A stretch of 64,000 bases of DNA from Geminocystis sp. GBBB08 (GCF_016743215.1 NZ_VRZC01000003.1:8222-72221), one strand, 5' to 3'. Positions 23,245 through 33,813 are shown, numbered from the stretch's first letter. The notes: generated by a model not told the origin, from the sequence alone. Numbers and translations: made by a program.

Positions 23245-23379
23245 AAATCACAGAATTGATAATTTGCATAAAATTAATTCAATAATTGTGTTCTAAAACA
23301 CTAAAACACTGGTCAAGGATAAAATTTTGTGCTAATAATTATATGTAGATAAAAAAAGGTGTGAGAAACTTTTAAAATT

Positions 23380-25203
23380 ATGTTTAAATCTGTAAAGAGT
23401 TATGCCATCGCAACTCCTGCGATTCTTGCTTTAAGTATTGTCACCAATAGTGTCGTTGTCAAATCAGCTAGTGCTAACGAAGTAAATGCTGATGCCACTT
23501 TAGAGCAAATCTCTAATTACAACGAAGCACAACCGATGAATCAAGTAACTTCCGTTTCTCAATTAAGAGATGTTTCTCCCACAGACTGGGCTTTTGAAGC
23601 ATTAAGAAGCTTAGTTGAACGTTATGGTTGTATTGTAGGTTATCCTGATCGTACCTTCAGAGGAAACCGTGCCTTAAGTCGTTACGAATTTGCCGCAGGT
23701 TTAAACGCTTGTATGCAACAAATGGAACGTTTAATTGCTGCTAGTGAAGCCGTTACCAGAGAAGATATTGAAAAATTAAAACGCTTGATGGCTGAATTTG
23801 AAACTGAATTAGCTGCCTTAGGTGCAAGAGTTGATAACTTAGAAGGAAGAGTCGCTTTCTTAGAAGATCATCAGTTCTCCACTACTACCAAGTTAAAAGG
23901 GGAAGTAATTATCGCCGCTACAGCACAAACAGGTCCTGATTTCAAATTAAATGAAGTCTATAATACAAGAGACTCAAATGTTTCCGTTACTAATACTGGT
24001 ACACCTAAAATAACCAATAGAAACAATGCTGAAAATCGTGCGACAGATTCTGATGAACAAGCAACCCTTAGCAATCGGGTTCGTTTAACCTTAGATACCA
24101 GTTTTACTGGTAAAGACTTGTTAAGAACTCGTTTAGCCGCTGGAAATGTTCCTAACCTTGGTGCTGCTTATGGTACTGACTCTGCTCGTCTTAACTTTGA
24201 ACAATCAGATAGTACCAATAATGATGTTATTATTGATCGCCTTTATTATAAAACTCCCCTAGGCAAAAAAACGACTTTTTGGGTTGGTACAGCTTTACCC
24301 TCTAATGATATTTACGATACAGTAAGTCCTTACACTTCTAGTGATGCTACTGGTGCCTTAGCTCGTGTTAACCGCTATAACCCCTTCATTTATCGTCAAC
24401 CCGGTGATACAGGGGTGGGTTTCAAATATAGCTTTAATAAACAATTTGATATTACTGCTTCTTACTTAGCCGGTGGTGCATCTGGATACGCTGCTAATCC
24501 TGTCGGTGGAGCTGGATTATTTGATGGTACTTACAGTACTGGTGTTCAATTAGGTTTCCGTCCTACCAAAAACTTCAACATAGCGGCCGCTTATATGCAC
24601 TCGTATTTTACGGGGCAGAGAACAGGAATACCAGCTGATGTGGCGTCGAGAGCCAATTTAACTGGTGGTACTGGTAGTGATTATACCAGTGGTGTGTCTA
24701 ACGGTATTCGTGATTTAGGCGGCGGTGCTAAGGCTGGTAATGGTGGTTTCCGTGGTTCAAGAGATCCTTTCAGTGGGGCGGCAACATCCTCCGATAACCT
24801 TGGTTTACAAGTAAGTTGGAAACTAGCTAAAAGCGTTAACGTTGCTGGTTGGGTAGGTTGGGCATTTGCAGAAGCACACTCCTATGACAGCACTGGTGTT
24901 AATCGTGATGGTGATAGTGCCGATTTATTTACATGGAATGCTAACGTTTCTTTCCTTGATTTAGGTAAAGAAGGTTCTGTATTAACTCTTGCTGGTGGGC
25001 AACTTCCCCGAGCTGGTAGTGTAGATGGTACGGTAGGGCGAGATCGTGGTCAATCTTGGATTGTTGAAGGACAGTATTTATATCCTGTAACTGATAATAT
25101 CTCTATCACTCCGGGTGTTTATGCGGTTTTTGATCCAAATAATACTAACAGTGGCGAAAACACTATTGTTGTCGGGGTACTCCGTACTGTCTTCAAATTC
25201 TAA
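23380..25203 (+). CDS. SLH-domain outer-membrane porin (OprB/SomA-like)
   Basis: Signal peptide, QVTSVSQLRDVSPTDWAFEAL, YPDRTFRGNRALSRYEFAAGLN, QFSTTTKL and terminal LRTVFKF. Confidence 0.93.
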   Translation: MFKSVKSYAIATPAILALSIVTNSVVVKSASANEVNADATLEQISNYNEAQPMNQVTSVSQLRDVSPTDWAFEALRSLVERYGCIVGYPDRTFRGNRALSRYEFAAGLNACMQQMERLIAASEAVTREDIEKLKRLMAEFETELAALGARVDNLEGRVAFLEDHQFSTTTKLKGEVIIAATAQTGPDFKLNEVYNTRDSNVSVTNTGTPKITNRNNAENRATDSDEQATLSNRVRLTLDTSFTGKDLLRTRLAAGNVPNLGAAYGTDSARLNFEQSDSTNNDVIIDRLYYKTPLGKKTTFWVGTALPSNDIYDTVSPYTSSDATGALARVNRYNPFIYRQPGDTGVGFKYSFNKQFDITASYLAGGASGYAANPVGGAGLFDGTYSTGVQLGFRPTKNFNIAAAYMHSYFTGQRTGIPADVASRANLTGGTGSDYTSGVSNGIRDLGGGAKAGNGGFRGSRDPFSGAATSSDNLGLQVSWKLAKSVNVAGWVGWAFAEAHSYDSTGVNRDGDSADLFTWNANVSFLDLGKEGSVLTLAGGQLPRAGSVDGTVGRDRGQSWIVEGQYLYPVTDNISITPGVYAVFDPNNTNSGENTIVVGVLRTVFKF

Positions 25204-25225
25204 GATAGATAAACTAATATTCCAA

Positions 25226-25246
25226 GTAGGGTGGGCATTGCCCACC
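25226..25246 (+). repeat. GTAG-type REP-like palindrome
   Basis: GTAG followed by GGTGGGCA-T-TGCCCACC just after the porin stop codon. Confidence 0.7.
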
Positions 25247-25338
25247 ATTAATCCCCGTACATTGAAGACCTGTTAACTGTTGATTAATAGTTAATCAAAC
25301 TTTGCTTACCTAAAAAGGATAAAATTTCTTAATTATTT

Positions 25339-25830
25339 TTAATTAAAATTAACATCGGTATATAAATTTAATATGGGAAAAGATACTTCAATAGATTCTA
25401 AATTAACCTCGATATTTTCTCCTTGAGTTTCTTGAAATAACCACTGATTTTCACCCGTTTTGACATAATTTTCAATGGTATATTCTGACTGACTAATTAA
25501 TAAATATTGTTTTAAAGTAGGAATAGAACGATAATAACGAAATTTATCTCCTCGATCATAATTTTCAGTGGCGGGAGATAAAACTTCAATAATTAAACAG
25601 GGATTTAACACCTCATCTTGACGATTATTATTTAACATTACCTCCCCTTCAATTACCATAATATCAGGATAAGTTGCTTTATTATGAGCAGGAATATATA
25701 ATCTTAAATCACTGATGAAAACTTCACAATTTTTATTTTGAAAAGCTAAATCTAAGATACGAACTAGGTTACGAATAATGCGATTATGATTAATTGTACC
25801 ACATGTCATATCTTTAATTTTTCCATTATG
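25339..25830 (-). pseudogene. Uma2 family endonuclease, 5'-truncated
   Basis: Frame reads TAA then YHNGKIKDMTCGTINHNRI...YPD...IIEVLSPATENYDRGDKF; the usual N-terminus is absent. Confidence 0.7.
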
Positions 25831-25848
25831 ATATTATTGTATTATAAG

Positions 25849-25867
25849 CAAGGGGTTTAAACCCCTT
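25849..25867. repeat. CAAGGGGTTTAAACCCCTT palindrome; related copies at 3727, 12043, 13073 and 20159
   Basis: Near-perfect palindrome seen repeatedly in intergenic regions. Confidence 0.8.
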
Positions 25868-25921
25868 ATGTAGCTATGAAAGCAATTTCATTAAATGAGA
25901 GAGTTAATCAAAGTTAACTAA

Positions 25922-26809
25922 TTAACGGCGACGACGACTACCAAAACCTCCGCTTCTTCTGGCAGGTGTAGTGCGACGAACACCACTAGATTTATTACTA
26001 CCAAAACTATTTTTACTAGGTTGTTTAGCTTTGGTGGATGTACCATTAGTTTTAAGATTACTAGATCCTACACCAGAACCTGTTCCTTTACTGCTATTGC
26101 TATTAACTCGATTAATGGTATTACCTGAACTATTTTTTATCGTACCTGTTGAGCGGAAAGATTGACGATTTTTCTCCACAGATGGCACAGAATTATTATT
26201 ATTATTACTATAGTTTTGCACGGCTTGATTATAACTACTGCCATAACCGCCAAAACCTGTTAAGTTACCACCAGGTTGATATACTGGCGGAATATAATAC
26301 TGTGGTCTAAATAGCATACTACCTAATGCTTGTCCTGCTAATGCACCAGCAAACGGACTCCAGAAACTTGATTGTTGTCTAACGATTACGGTTTCTTGTT
26401 TTCCCGTATCGGGATTAGTGACGATTTCTGTCTCATTATGGACATATTCTATCTTAAAGTCTTCGGTTAGGTGCATAATTGCTTCATTACCGTTAATTTC
26501 TACGAAGGTTTTTTGTCCATTTTTGATGTCTTCATTGCTTAATCTTGCCATTTGTAAGTTAGTTGTCCTAAAAGTAGGTGTACTTCCTGCTGGAGTATTT
26601 AATAACATTAAGGTATATTCGCCGTCAACATCGTTAAAAGTCGCCTGTTGTACGTCATATCGTCCACTAGCAAGATTATTTTTAGAAATGCTGGTATTAT
26701 TAGTTAAAGTAGCAGGATTTTTGGTACTTACACTATTAGATGAACCACAAGCAACAGTACTGAAACTAAGGATAATAGTTAAAAAAATGGCTATAATTGA
26801 CTTAAACAT
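25922..26809 (-). CDS. Lipoprotein with Gly/Ser/Arg-rich disordered tail
   Basis: Lipobox STVAC; SFWSPFAGALAGQALG; ends RRSGGFGSRRRR. Confidence 0.8.
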   Translation of the reverse strand: MFKSIIAIFLTIILSFSTVACGSSNSVSTKNPATLTNNTSISKNNLASGRYDVQQATFNDVDGEYTLMLLNTPAGSTPTFRTTNLQMARLSNEDIKNGQKTFVEINGNEAIMHLTEDFKIEYVHNETEIVTNPDTGKQETVIVRQQSSFWSPFAGALAGQALGSMLFRPQYYIPPVYQPGGNLTGFGGYGSSYNQAVQNYSNNNNNSVPSVEKNRQSFRSTGTIKNSSGNTINRVNSNSSKGTGSGVGSSNLKTNGTSTKAKQPSKNSFGSNKSSGVRRTTPARRSGGFGSRRRR

Positions 26810-26838
26810 TATGGGGATTCTTTTTAAATTTGTTACTT

Positions 26839-27435
26839 TTATAACGGAATTAATTCGGGAAAGTTTATTATAATTTGGTCAGAAGTTAATCTTTCTCCTA
26901 ATCTAGCAGGGGAAAAATGAAAAGCGATCGCCCTATATTTATTTTTGTAATTAAGATTAATAAGAGCTTTCAAACCATTAGTTAAGGCTTCCATATCTGC
27001 TAAATCAGTTTCAATATCTAAAACTTCACCTTCAAGGGCTACTATGATCATAACAATAATATTGTCAGTAACGGGGAGAGATAGGGGTGTGTTTTTCTCT
27101 ACTTCCTCTAAATCAGGCTGACTAAGATACCGTTGTGCCGAATCTGTAAATAATTCAGTAACAAAATCTCCGGCTTCGCCTTCATCCCAGAATACATCCC
27201 CTTCATTAGAAGCACTTTGCCAATAGGTTTTATATTGTAATATTGCTTCACAAAGATTAACTAAACATTCTCCCATTACCTCCATATCCCCGTCTGCATC
27301 TACCGCTATCCGAGCATTTTGGTTTAAAACTCCTAATAAAGGTGCAATGTCGTTTCCTTGTAAATGAATAAAAATTCTTGAAACAACATACCTTGTTTTA
27401 CCTACAAATTGATTAAAACGATCGGCTATACTCAT
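26839..27435 (-). CDS. DUF1517 family protein
   Basis: KTRYVVSRIFIHL, YWQSASNEGDVF and WSPA-like FSPARLGERLTSDQIIINFPELIPL end. Confidence 0.7.
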   Translation of the reverse strand: MSIADRFNQFVGKTRYVVSRIFIHLQGNDIAPLLGVLNQNARIAVDADGDMEVMGECLVNLCEAILQYKTYWQSASNEGDVFWDEGEAGDFVTELFTDSAQRYLSQPDLEEVEKNTPLSLPVTDNIIVMIIVALEGEVLDIETDLADMEALTNGLKALINLNYKNKYRAIAFHFSPARLGERLTSDQIIINFPELIPL

Positions 27436-27536
27436 AAATAATTAATAATTGATAGTTAATCATCAGGGAAGAGAATAGAAGAAGGAAGAGAAAAGAGTAA
27501 AAAATTGATGATTCCTCATTCCTTATTCTTTTTTTG

Positions 27537-28379
27537 TTATTTACGCACTAATAAAACAGGACAATTTGCATTTACTCGAACATAGTCGGATAAAGAAGTA
27601 CCTAATAAACGGTCTAAATCAATCAAGTTTTTGGCAATAGAAGGACGGCGATCAGGTGAACCTAATAATAATAAATCAATATTTTTATCCTCAACTAATT
27701 GACAAATTTGTTTACTCGGTCTGCCCCCAGTGACGATACACTTAGTATTTATCCCCATACGTTTCGCTTTGGCTAAAGCAGGTGCTAAGATAGCATTCTG
27801 TTCCATGTCGGCGGTAGATAATTCTAAATCAGGATTCATGTCTGGGTTAACTCTAACTAAGTATAACTGAGCTTCAGAATAGTCTTTAAGCAGGTATAGA
27901 GCTAATTCTAGGGCATAATCAGAAGCAGCAGATTTATCTAAGGCTAACATTACTCGTTTGATTTTACGCACATATATATCATCTTTCACCAGTAGCATAG
28001 GGCGATCGGTAAGTTGAAAGACATATTGACTAACAGAGTTTTCTAAGAAAGATTCTAAACGAGTTAAACCCCTCGATCCCATTAAAATAAGATCAGCATT
28101 AATCTCTTTTGCTGTGCTACAGACAGTATCTTTAGGATCACCTTGTTTTAAGATAGTAGAAACTTTAGTAGGATTGATATTGACATTTTTGACTATATCT
28201 GAGAGAATTTTTCCCCCTTCTTCCCATTTTTCCGCTAAAGCATCGGCGGAGACTTGAGGAGGTATGATGTGAAGAATAGTAATTTCACTTTGTTGAAATG
28301 TGGGAATATCTAACAACATTTTCAACATTTCTTGAGTGTGACCAGTCCCAGAATCAGCATATAAAACTTTATTTAACAT
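27537..28379 (-). CDS. Tandem universal stress protein
   Basis: Two USP domains: LILMGSRG...SVSQYV and LLLLGS...SLSDYVRVNANCPVLLV. Confidence 0.9.
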   Translation of the reverse strand: MLNKVLYADSGTGHTQEMLKMLLDIPTFQQSEITILHIIPPQVSADALAEKWEEGGKILSDIVKNVNINPTKVSTILKQGDPKDTVCSTAKEINADLILMGSRGLTRLESFLENSVSQYVFQLTDRPMLLVKDDIYVRKIKRVMLALDKSAASDYALELALYLLKDYSEAQLYLVRVNPDMNPDLELSTADMEQNAILAPALAKAKRMGINTKCIVTGGRPSKQICQLVEDKNIDLLLLGSPDRRPSIAKNLIDLDRLLGTSLSDYVRVNANCPVLLVRK

Positions 28380-28538
28380 ATTGAACTATTTATTGTTTTT
28401 TCATAAGGATCTTTATTTCTAAAATACAGCGATTCGTCACTGCATAATTTAACATTTTGTAACGAAGAGGGGATATTTCCGTTAATGATAAAAAATGTTG
28501 CTCAAAGATCATTAAACCTTTATCATAGTTAATAAGTT

Positions 28539-28713
28539 GACTACTACGTTGGTGACTGCCAATCAAGTTTTTTGATCTATACTTGAGTTATAAGGAAACT
28601 AACTGAGTTCTCGTAGCAGTAAACCGAGCATTTGTACTCGGAAACGAACACAGAAACGTTGGTATCCCCCTGGTTTTCCAGGTCATAAACTGAGGTAAAA
28701 CGGCGTAGCGGTC
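28539..28713 (+). ncRNA. ssrS: 6S RNA
   Basis: 175-nt non-coding stretch whose ends pair (GACUACUACGUUG with CGGCGUAGCGGUC), with an inner stem CUGAGUUC/GAACACAG and an apical CCGAG/CUCGG hairpin; G-U pairs favour the + strand; GUAAAACGGC motif as I recall from cyanobacterial 6S. Confidence 0.75.
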
Positions 28714-28871
28714 ATATACATCGCTTTTCAGATAAATAAGCCACATTTTTTATTTCTCGCTCATGAAGCTCATGGTGCCAAGGCACCCTTGGCAGAATCC
28801 AAAGTGTGGTTTAAGGAAATAAAAACTGTTGTAATCAGTTATTAGCAACTTATGGTTTTATTTATTAAGGT

Positions 28872-29942
28872 TTAACGGTATTGAGGTTGACAATAAGGGG
28901 AATCTTGACAAGGAAAAGTGTTGATAACGTTAATCATCGAATAAAGACGGCTAAATTTTCTTGATTGTAGATAAAAGCTAATACCTGGTAAATAATCGGT
29001 TTCTGCTTTTTGTTTTTGTGGAGTTGGTAATTTTTCAATTTTTCCTTTGATTAGTATATCACTAAATTTTTCGTTTAATTGTTCAATTTCTAGAGGAGTT
29101 AAGTCATAATTTAATCTCATGACAAATAAATCTTTCAGATAACGACAAGAATGATATACTCGATAAAATTCTTGGATAGCTTTACAAGCACTCTCAACAT
29201 TATCGGTAATAGTGTAAATTTGTGTATCTTCAGGTTGAATATAACCGTTTTCTAAAAGATGATCACAAATATAATTATGCCAACTTTTCCAGTAATTACC
29301 CTCCGGTTTATCGATTAAAATTAAAGGAATAGGCGGTTGTCTTCCTGTTTGACATAAAGTTATGGTTTCAAATGCTTCATCTTGAGTGCCAAATCCACCA
29401 GGGAAAAGTACGATAGCATCACTTTCCTTTAAAAAGAATAATTTGCGAGTAAAAAAATACTTAAAACTAATTAGTTTAGGATCATTTTTGATAAAAGAAT
29501 TAGCATTTTGTTCAAAAGGTAATTTGATATTTAAACCAAAGGATTTTTTTGAGGTTGCTCCTTGATTTCCCGCTGCCATAATACCTCCTCCTGCACCAGT
29601 TAACACCATAAAACCTAACTCAGTAACTTTTTGAGCAAAATCTTTAGCTAATTTATATTCTAAGGTATCAACAGGTGTTCTAGCTGATCCAAAAATGGTT
29701 ATTTTACGACACTGACGATAATCAGAAAAAACTCTAAATCCTTTTTCTAAATCTTTTAAGGTAGCTGTCAAAATTTTCCATTCTAAAGAATCAACTTGAT
29801 TTTTTTTGACAATTTTTGCTAATATCTTTAAAGATCTTTTTAACCATTTATTATTTTCATAATCTGGCAATTTATTTAACAAACGTTGAAGATTTTTCGG
29901 TTGATATAAATAAGTTTTATCAGACGGTGTTAATAAAGACAT
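28872..29942 (-). CDS. LOG family nucleotide-binding protein
   Basis: ITIFGSAR, TGAGGGIMAAGN, FKYFFTRK and FPGGFGTQDE. Confidence 0.88.
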   Translation of the reverse strand: MSLLTPSDKTYLYQPKNLQRLLNKLPDYENNKWLKRSLKILAKIVKKNQVDSLEWKILTATLKDLEKGFRVFSDYRQCRKITIFGSARTPVDTLEYKLAKDFAQKVTELGFMVLTGAGGGIMAAGNQGATSKKSFGLNIKLPFEQNANSFIKNDPKLISFKYFFTRKLFFLKESDAIVLFPGGFGTQDEAFETITLCQTGRQPPIPLILIDKPEGNYWKSWHNYICDHLLENGYIQPEDTQIYTITDNVESACKAIQEFYRVYHSCRYLKDLFVMRLNYDLTPLEIEQLNEKFSDILIKGKIEKLPTPQKQKAETDYLPGISFYLQSRKFSRLYSMINVINTFPCQDSPYCQPQYR

Positions 29943-29950
29943 TTTCTTTC

Positions 29951-29987
29951 AAATAAAAAATTCCCACGAAATAATCATAACGTGGGA
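29951..29987 (-). terminator. Probable intrinsic terminator after trxA
   Basis: Minus strand TCCCACG-loop-CGTGGGA followed by ATTTTTTATTT. Confidence 0.5.
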
Positions 29988-30007
29988 TAATGCAAAGGTT
30001 ACAGTAA

Positions 30008-30334
30008 CTAATCAATATACTTATCTAAAGTATTAGAAAGAGTATTTTTAGGCACCGCACCAACTACAGTTTCTTTAACTTCCCCTTCGTTAAATACAAT
30101 CAAGGTAGGAATGCTACGAATTCCATAATCAGTAGCAATTTTAGCATTTTCATCGGTGTTGACTTTTACTACTTTGACTTTGCCGTCATATTGTTGAGCA
30201 ATTTCGTCAACTACAGGAGCTACCATGCGACAAGGACCACACCAAGGCGCCCAAAAATCAACCAATACAGGAAGATTACTCTCTAAGACAACCTCTTTAA
30301 AATCCGCTTCTTTGACTTCTGTCACTTCTGACAT
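30008..30334 (-). CDS. trxA: Thioredoxin (m-type)
   Basis: [18 protein letters not shown] and YGIRSIPTL. Confidence 0.97.
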   Translation of the reverse strand: MSEVTEVKEADFKEVVLESNLPVLVDFWAPWCGPCRMVAPVVDEIAQQYDGKVKVVKVNTDENAKIATDYGIRSIPTLIVFNEGEVKETVVGAVPKNTLSNTLDKYID

Positions 30335-30584
30335 TTTACTTATCCCTTAACTAGATTATTTGCATTTAAAATATTATCAGATTTTACCATAGCAAATATT
30401 TGATCTCTTGCTCTCAATTATTTCTATAAGTTTACATAATTTGACTTAAATACCATTTTAATGTACTTGAGGCGATCGACTGAGAATAAGTAACAATTAA
30501 GAATTAATCAGTAATAGGGATTGCTATAGTATGCTTAGAAAAGGACTATTGCCAAATTTTAGGGACTTTTTTTGTCAATTTCTA

Positions 30585-31796
30585 ATGTTTTTAAGTACTT
30601 TTATTGTTGATAATTTACCTTTCGATATTGATTTATTACCTTCTGATGGTTATTTAGTAGGCGGTGCAGTTAGGGATGTATTACTAAATCGGACTAAAAA
30701 ATATTTAGATTTAGATTTTGTGTTACCTCATTCGGTAATTAAAATAGCGAAAAATATTGCTAATTTATATCATGCTGGTTTTGTGGTGTTAGATTCAGAA
30801 CGAAACATTGCTAGGGTAGTTTTTCCTCATGCTACCATCGATTTTGCTCAACAGGAAGGTGATTCCATCGAAAAAGATTTATTGAGACGAGATTATACGA
30901 TTAATGCCATCGCTTATAATTGTCAGGAAAAAAAATTAATTGATCCTTTAAATGGTCAAAAAGATTTAAAACAGAAGATAATGAGAATGATCTTGATGAA
31001 AAACTTGGAAGATGATCCTTTACGATTGTTAAGAGGTTATCGTCAGGCTTGTCAACTTAATTTTACCATTGAATCTGAAACCCGTAAAGCCATTAGAGAA
31101 TTAACTCCCCTTTTAATAAAAGTTGCACCTGAAAGAATTAATAGTGAATTTACTTATTTATTAGAGAGTGAGAATGGCACTTATTGGCTAAAAGAGGCTT
31201 TTAAAGATGGTTTATTATCTATTTATTGGCAAAATCTCGATGAAGAAAAGATAAAATATTTAAACAAAATTGATTTTTGGATTGGATGGTTACGAGAAAA
31301 TTTTAATGATTTTAAAAATATTAATGTAGAGGCTTATAGCAGTGCAAAATTAGCTTGTTTAACAGACAATAATATAGACATTGCACAAAAAGAATTAGTG
31401 AATCTAAAATATTCTCGTCAAGAAATTAAAGCAGTAATAATTATTCTGAAATATACTTCTCGTTTATTAGAAGAAGATTTTTCGACTAATTTATCGTCAC
31501 AATATTTTTTCTTTTTATCCGTAGGTAAAATATTCCCTAATTTAGCAATTTTTGCTCTTGCCCATGATATTTCTCCTAATTTAATTACTATGTTATTTGA
31601 GCGTTATTTAGATAATCAAGATTCTGTGGCACATCCACAACCCTTACTAACAGGGAAGGATTTAATGGAGTCTTTGAAAATTCCTCCTAGCCCATTAATT
31701 AAACAATTATTAATAGATGTGCAAATTGCTTATATAGAAGGCAAATTTATTGATAAAAATGGGGCGTTACAGTGGATAATGAATCATAGACTATAA
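30585..31796 (+). CDS. tRNA nucleotidyltransferase, probably CC-adding (start 30585 preferred)
   Basis: LVGGAVRD, DLDF, RRDYTINAIA and DDPLRLLRGYR; short segment before RRD (no flexible loop) and no CBS domains, as in split CC-adding enzymes. Confidence 0.85.
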   Translation: MFLSTFIVDNLPFDIDLLPSDGYLVGGAVRDVLLNRTKKYLDLDFVLPHSVIKIAKNIANLYHAGFVVLDSERNIARVVFPHATIDFAQQEGDSIEKDLLRRDYTINAIAYNCQEKKLIDPLNGQKDLKQKIMRMILMKNLEDDPLRLLRGYRQACQLNFTIESETRKAIRELTPLLIKVAPERINSEFTYLLESENGTYWLKEAFKDGLLSIYWQNLDEEKIKYLNKIDFWIGWLRENFNDFKNINVEAYSSAKLACLTDNNIDIAQKELVNLKYSRQEIKAVIIILKYTSRLLEEDFSTNLSSQYFFFLSVGKIFPNLAIFALAHDISPNLITMLFERYLDNQDSVAHPQPLLTGKDLMESLKIPPSPLIKQLLIDVQIAYIEGKFIDKNGALQWIMNHRL

Positions 31797-31816
31797 TTAT
31801 TTTAGATCTTAAGATT

Positions 31817-31984
31817 ATGACCAAAGCTATTATCAATCAAATTAATTCTATCGCTAATAAAAGACAATTATTAATAAAACTATTAGACAAACCGGACTTG
31901 GGTAGTTTGCGTTTAGATGTAAACCAAGCCATTGAGGAGATAGACGAATTAATCGAAGACTTAAATAAAACTTTTAAAAATTGA
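31817..31984 (+). CDS. Small hypothetical protein (55 aa; absent from the ORF track)
   Basis: Hand translation MTKAIINQINSIANKRQLLIKLLDKPDLGSLRLDVNQAIEEIDELIEDLNKTFKN; amphipathic; resembles a conserved cyanobacterial small protein as I recall. Confidence 0.65.
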   Translation: MTKAIINQINSIANKRQLLIKLLDKPDLGSLRLDVNQAIEEIDELIEDLNKTFKN

Positions 31985-32176
31985 TAATAGACTTTTTGCA
32001 CAAGTCGCGGCAACAATGCAATAAGCAACGATGCACAGGGCAAATTTCTTCATTCTAAACTCTAAATTCTAAAGTAGGTTTTGAATTGATATACAAGATT
32101 TAACTATTTATTTCTTATTTCTTATTTCTCATTACGAATTTGAATTCTTTATAAAAAAATTTTTTGACAATAATTC

Positions 32177-32659
32177 ATGATGATTTTATTAAAATTAATT
32201 AGTCTAACGTTAGCATTAATAATCAGTTTTATAACGATAGTTAATCCTGTAGAAGCCTTAGATTATACCAAAAGAGATCTATTTGAAAGTGATTTTTCAG
32301 GACAAGATTTAGTAGGATCAACTTTTAATAAAGCTAATCTTCGTAGTAGCAATTTTAGTCACGCAAATTTACAAGGAGTTAGTTTTTTCGGGGCTAATAT
32401 GGATTCAGCAAATTTAGAAGGTGCTAATTTAACTAACGCAGTATTAGATTCAGCGAGAATGACAAGAGTTAATCTTCATAACGCTATTCTTGAAGGTGCA
32501 TTTGCTACGAATACTAAATTTGAAAAAGCGAATATAGAAGGTGCTGATTTTACAGATGTAATTTTACGTCCTGATTTAGAAGAGTTGCTATGTGAAATGG
32601 CCAGTGGTACTAATCCTGTTACTGGTAGAAATACCCGTGATACTCTTTATTGCTCATGA
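32177..32659 (+). CDS. Exported pentapeptide repeat protein
   Basis: Signal peptide, A(N/D)LXX repeats and C-terminal LC...[14 protein letters not shown]. Confidence 0.92.
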   Translation: MMILLKLISLTLALIISFITIVNPVEALDYTKRDLFESDFSGQDLVGSTFNKANLRSSNFSHANLQGVSFFGANMDSANLEGANLTNAVLDSARMTRVNLHNAILEGAFATNTKFEKANIEGADFTDVILRPDLEELLCEMASGTNPVTGRNTRDTLYCS

Positions 32660-32909
32660 TTTTCTTGATTTCAAGTATTATTTCACTTTTATTTTACGGC
32701 CGTTTTTAGATCAATGAACCACAAAAATTTATTATAAATGTACTCTGTGGTGTGCATTGCAAGTTTAGGCAGTGGTTTTCCAATTTGAAAAGTACTATAT
32801 GTTTTAAACATACTGATATATCACAGATTTGCTCACTTTTACCCTAGTTTTTTCTGTTTTAAAGTGGCATAATTCACCCTGAATTAAATCAGGTTTTTAA
32901 TGATTTACC

Positions 32910-33178
32910 TTAAGGGAATATTTGGTAAATTTCTCTACGATGTGTCACTCGTTGACAGATAATAGTTTGATTGGTTTTATCAATGGTTAAGCCAATTCTA
33001 TAATCTCCCACCCTAATTTTATACTTATCTTTATAGCCTTTCATTTTGTTGAGATAACCTAATTCAAAAGGATTCTCGGTTTCTAATTGATTGAAAACAA
33101 TTAACTCTATACGAGATTGTATATCATTTGGTAAAACTGTTATTTCTTTTACAAACTTTTTGATTCAATTTTCCACAT
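32910..33178 (-). pseudogene. RelE/ParE family toxin, frameshifted near the start
   Basis: ATG TGG AAA ATT GAA (MWKIE), then a frame change to KKFVKEI...YKIRVGDYRIGLTID...VTHRREIYQIFP; span of 269 nt is not a multiple of 3. Confidence 0.8.
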
Positions 33179-33377
33179 TCTGATTTTTGATTTCTGCTAA
33201 ATAGTCTAAGGCTTTTTCTTTAGAAAGAGTTTCTTCCTTTTCAACTTCTTCTATCAGTTTTCCTAGTCCATAATCTTCAAGAATTTCTTCGATTTTTTCA
33301 AATTCAGTAATGGAAATCTGAACCGCAATCGGTTTTTGATTAGTGTCTAAGACATAGTTTTTATTGATTTCTAGCAT
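33165..33377 (-). CDS. Putative antitoxin paired with the RelE pseudogene
   Basis: 70-aa acidic ORF overlapping the toxin start; YVLDTNQKPIAVQISITEFEKIEEILED. Confidence 0.7.
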   Translation of the reverse strand: MLEINKNYVLDTNQKPIAVQISITEFEKIEEILEDYGLGKLIEEVEKEETLSKEKALDYLAEIKNQNVEN

Positions 33378-33426
33378 CTACTTTTCTCCAAAAGTCCTCT
33401 ACACTATTATAAACCATCACTTTTTC

Positions 33427-33500
33427 AAAAATCGATGCCAAAGGCACCCGGTGCGCCCGAACCTCCCAAAATCAAGGTAAATTAATCGCTTCAGCAGATT
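33427..33500 (+). repeat. About 73-bp direct repeat R1 (partner R2 at 33741..33813)
   Basis: AAAAATCGAT.CCAAA.GCAC...CCAAAATCAAGGTAAA.TAATCGCTT.AGC.GATT shared by both copies. Confidence 0.8.
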
Positions 33501-33672
33501 CTGGTTGACATTTGCCCTCAGCATACTCTTGTTGAGCTTCCTTGACATCTTTTACTAATTCGGCTCGTTTTTATTCAATAAGACGATTTTTTAAAATCTG
33601 AATTAAGTTTCTTGATCTTCTAAGGGAAGTTGTTGGGAGGCATCTAATATTTCCCTAAAAATTGCTTGTATT
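33477..33672 (-). pseudogene. Degraded small antitoxin-like gene
   Basis: FREILDASQQLPLEDQET, frameshift, IQILKNRLIE-stop-KRAELVKDVKEAQQEYAEGKCQPESAEAI running into R1. Confidence 0.6.
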
Positions 33673-33740
33673 ATAATTCTATTTTATTTCTGATAGTTTT
33701 ATCTTTTCAATTATAAATCTAACAAATTTCCCCCCCCCAC

Positions 33741-33813
33741 AAAAATCGATACCAAATGCACACTGCTTGATCGTACCACCAAAATCAAGGTAAACTAATC
33801 GCTTGAGCCGATT
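33741..33813 (+). repeat. Direct repeat R2
   Basis: Diverged copy of R1. Confidence 0.8.

Noticed and set aside
23255-23290. Possible Fur box upstream of the porin
   Set aside because: Only a partial GATAAT match in very AT-rich DNA, which is not distinguishable from chance.
31837-32043. 68-aa minus-strand ORF from the track
   Set aside because: It overlaps the more protein-like + strand ORF 31817..31984 and starts within repeat-derived sequence.
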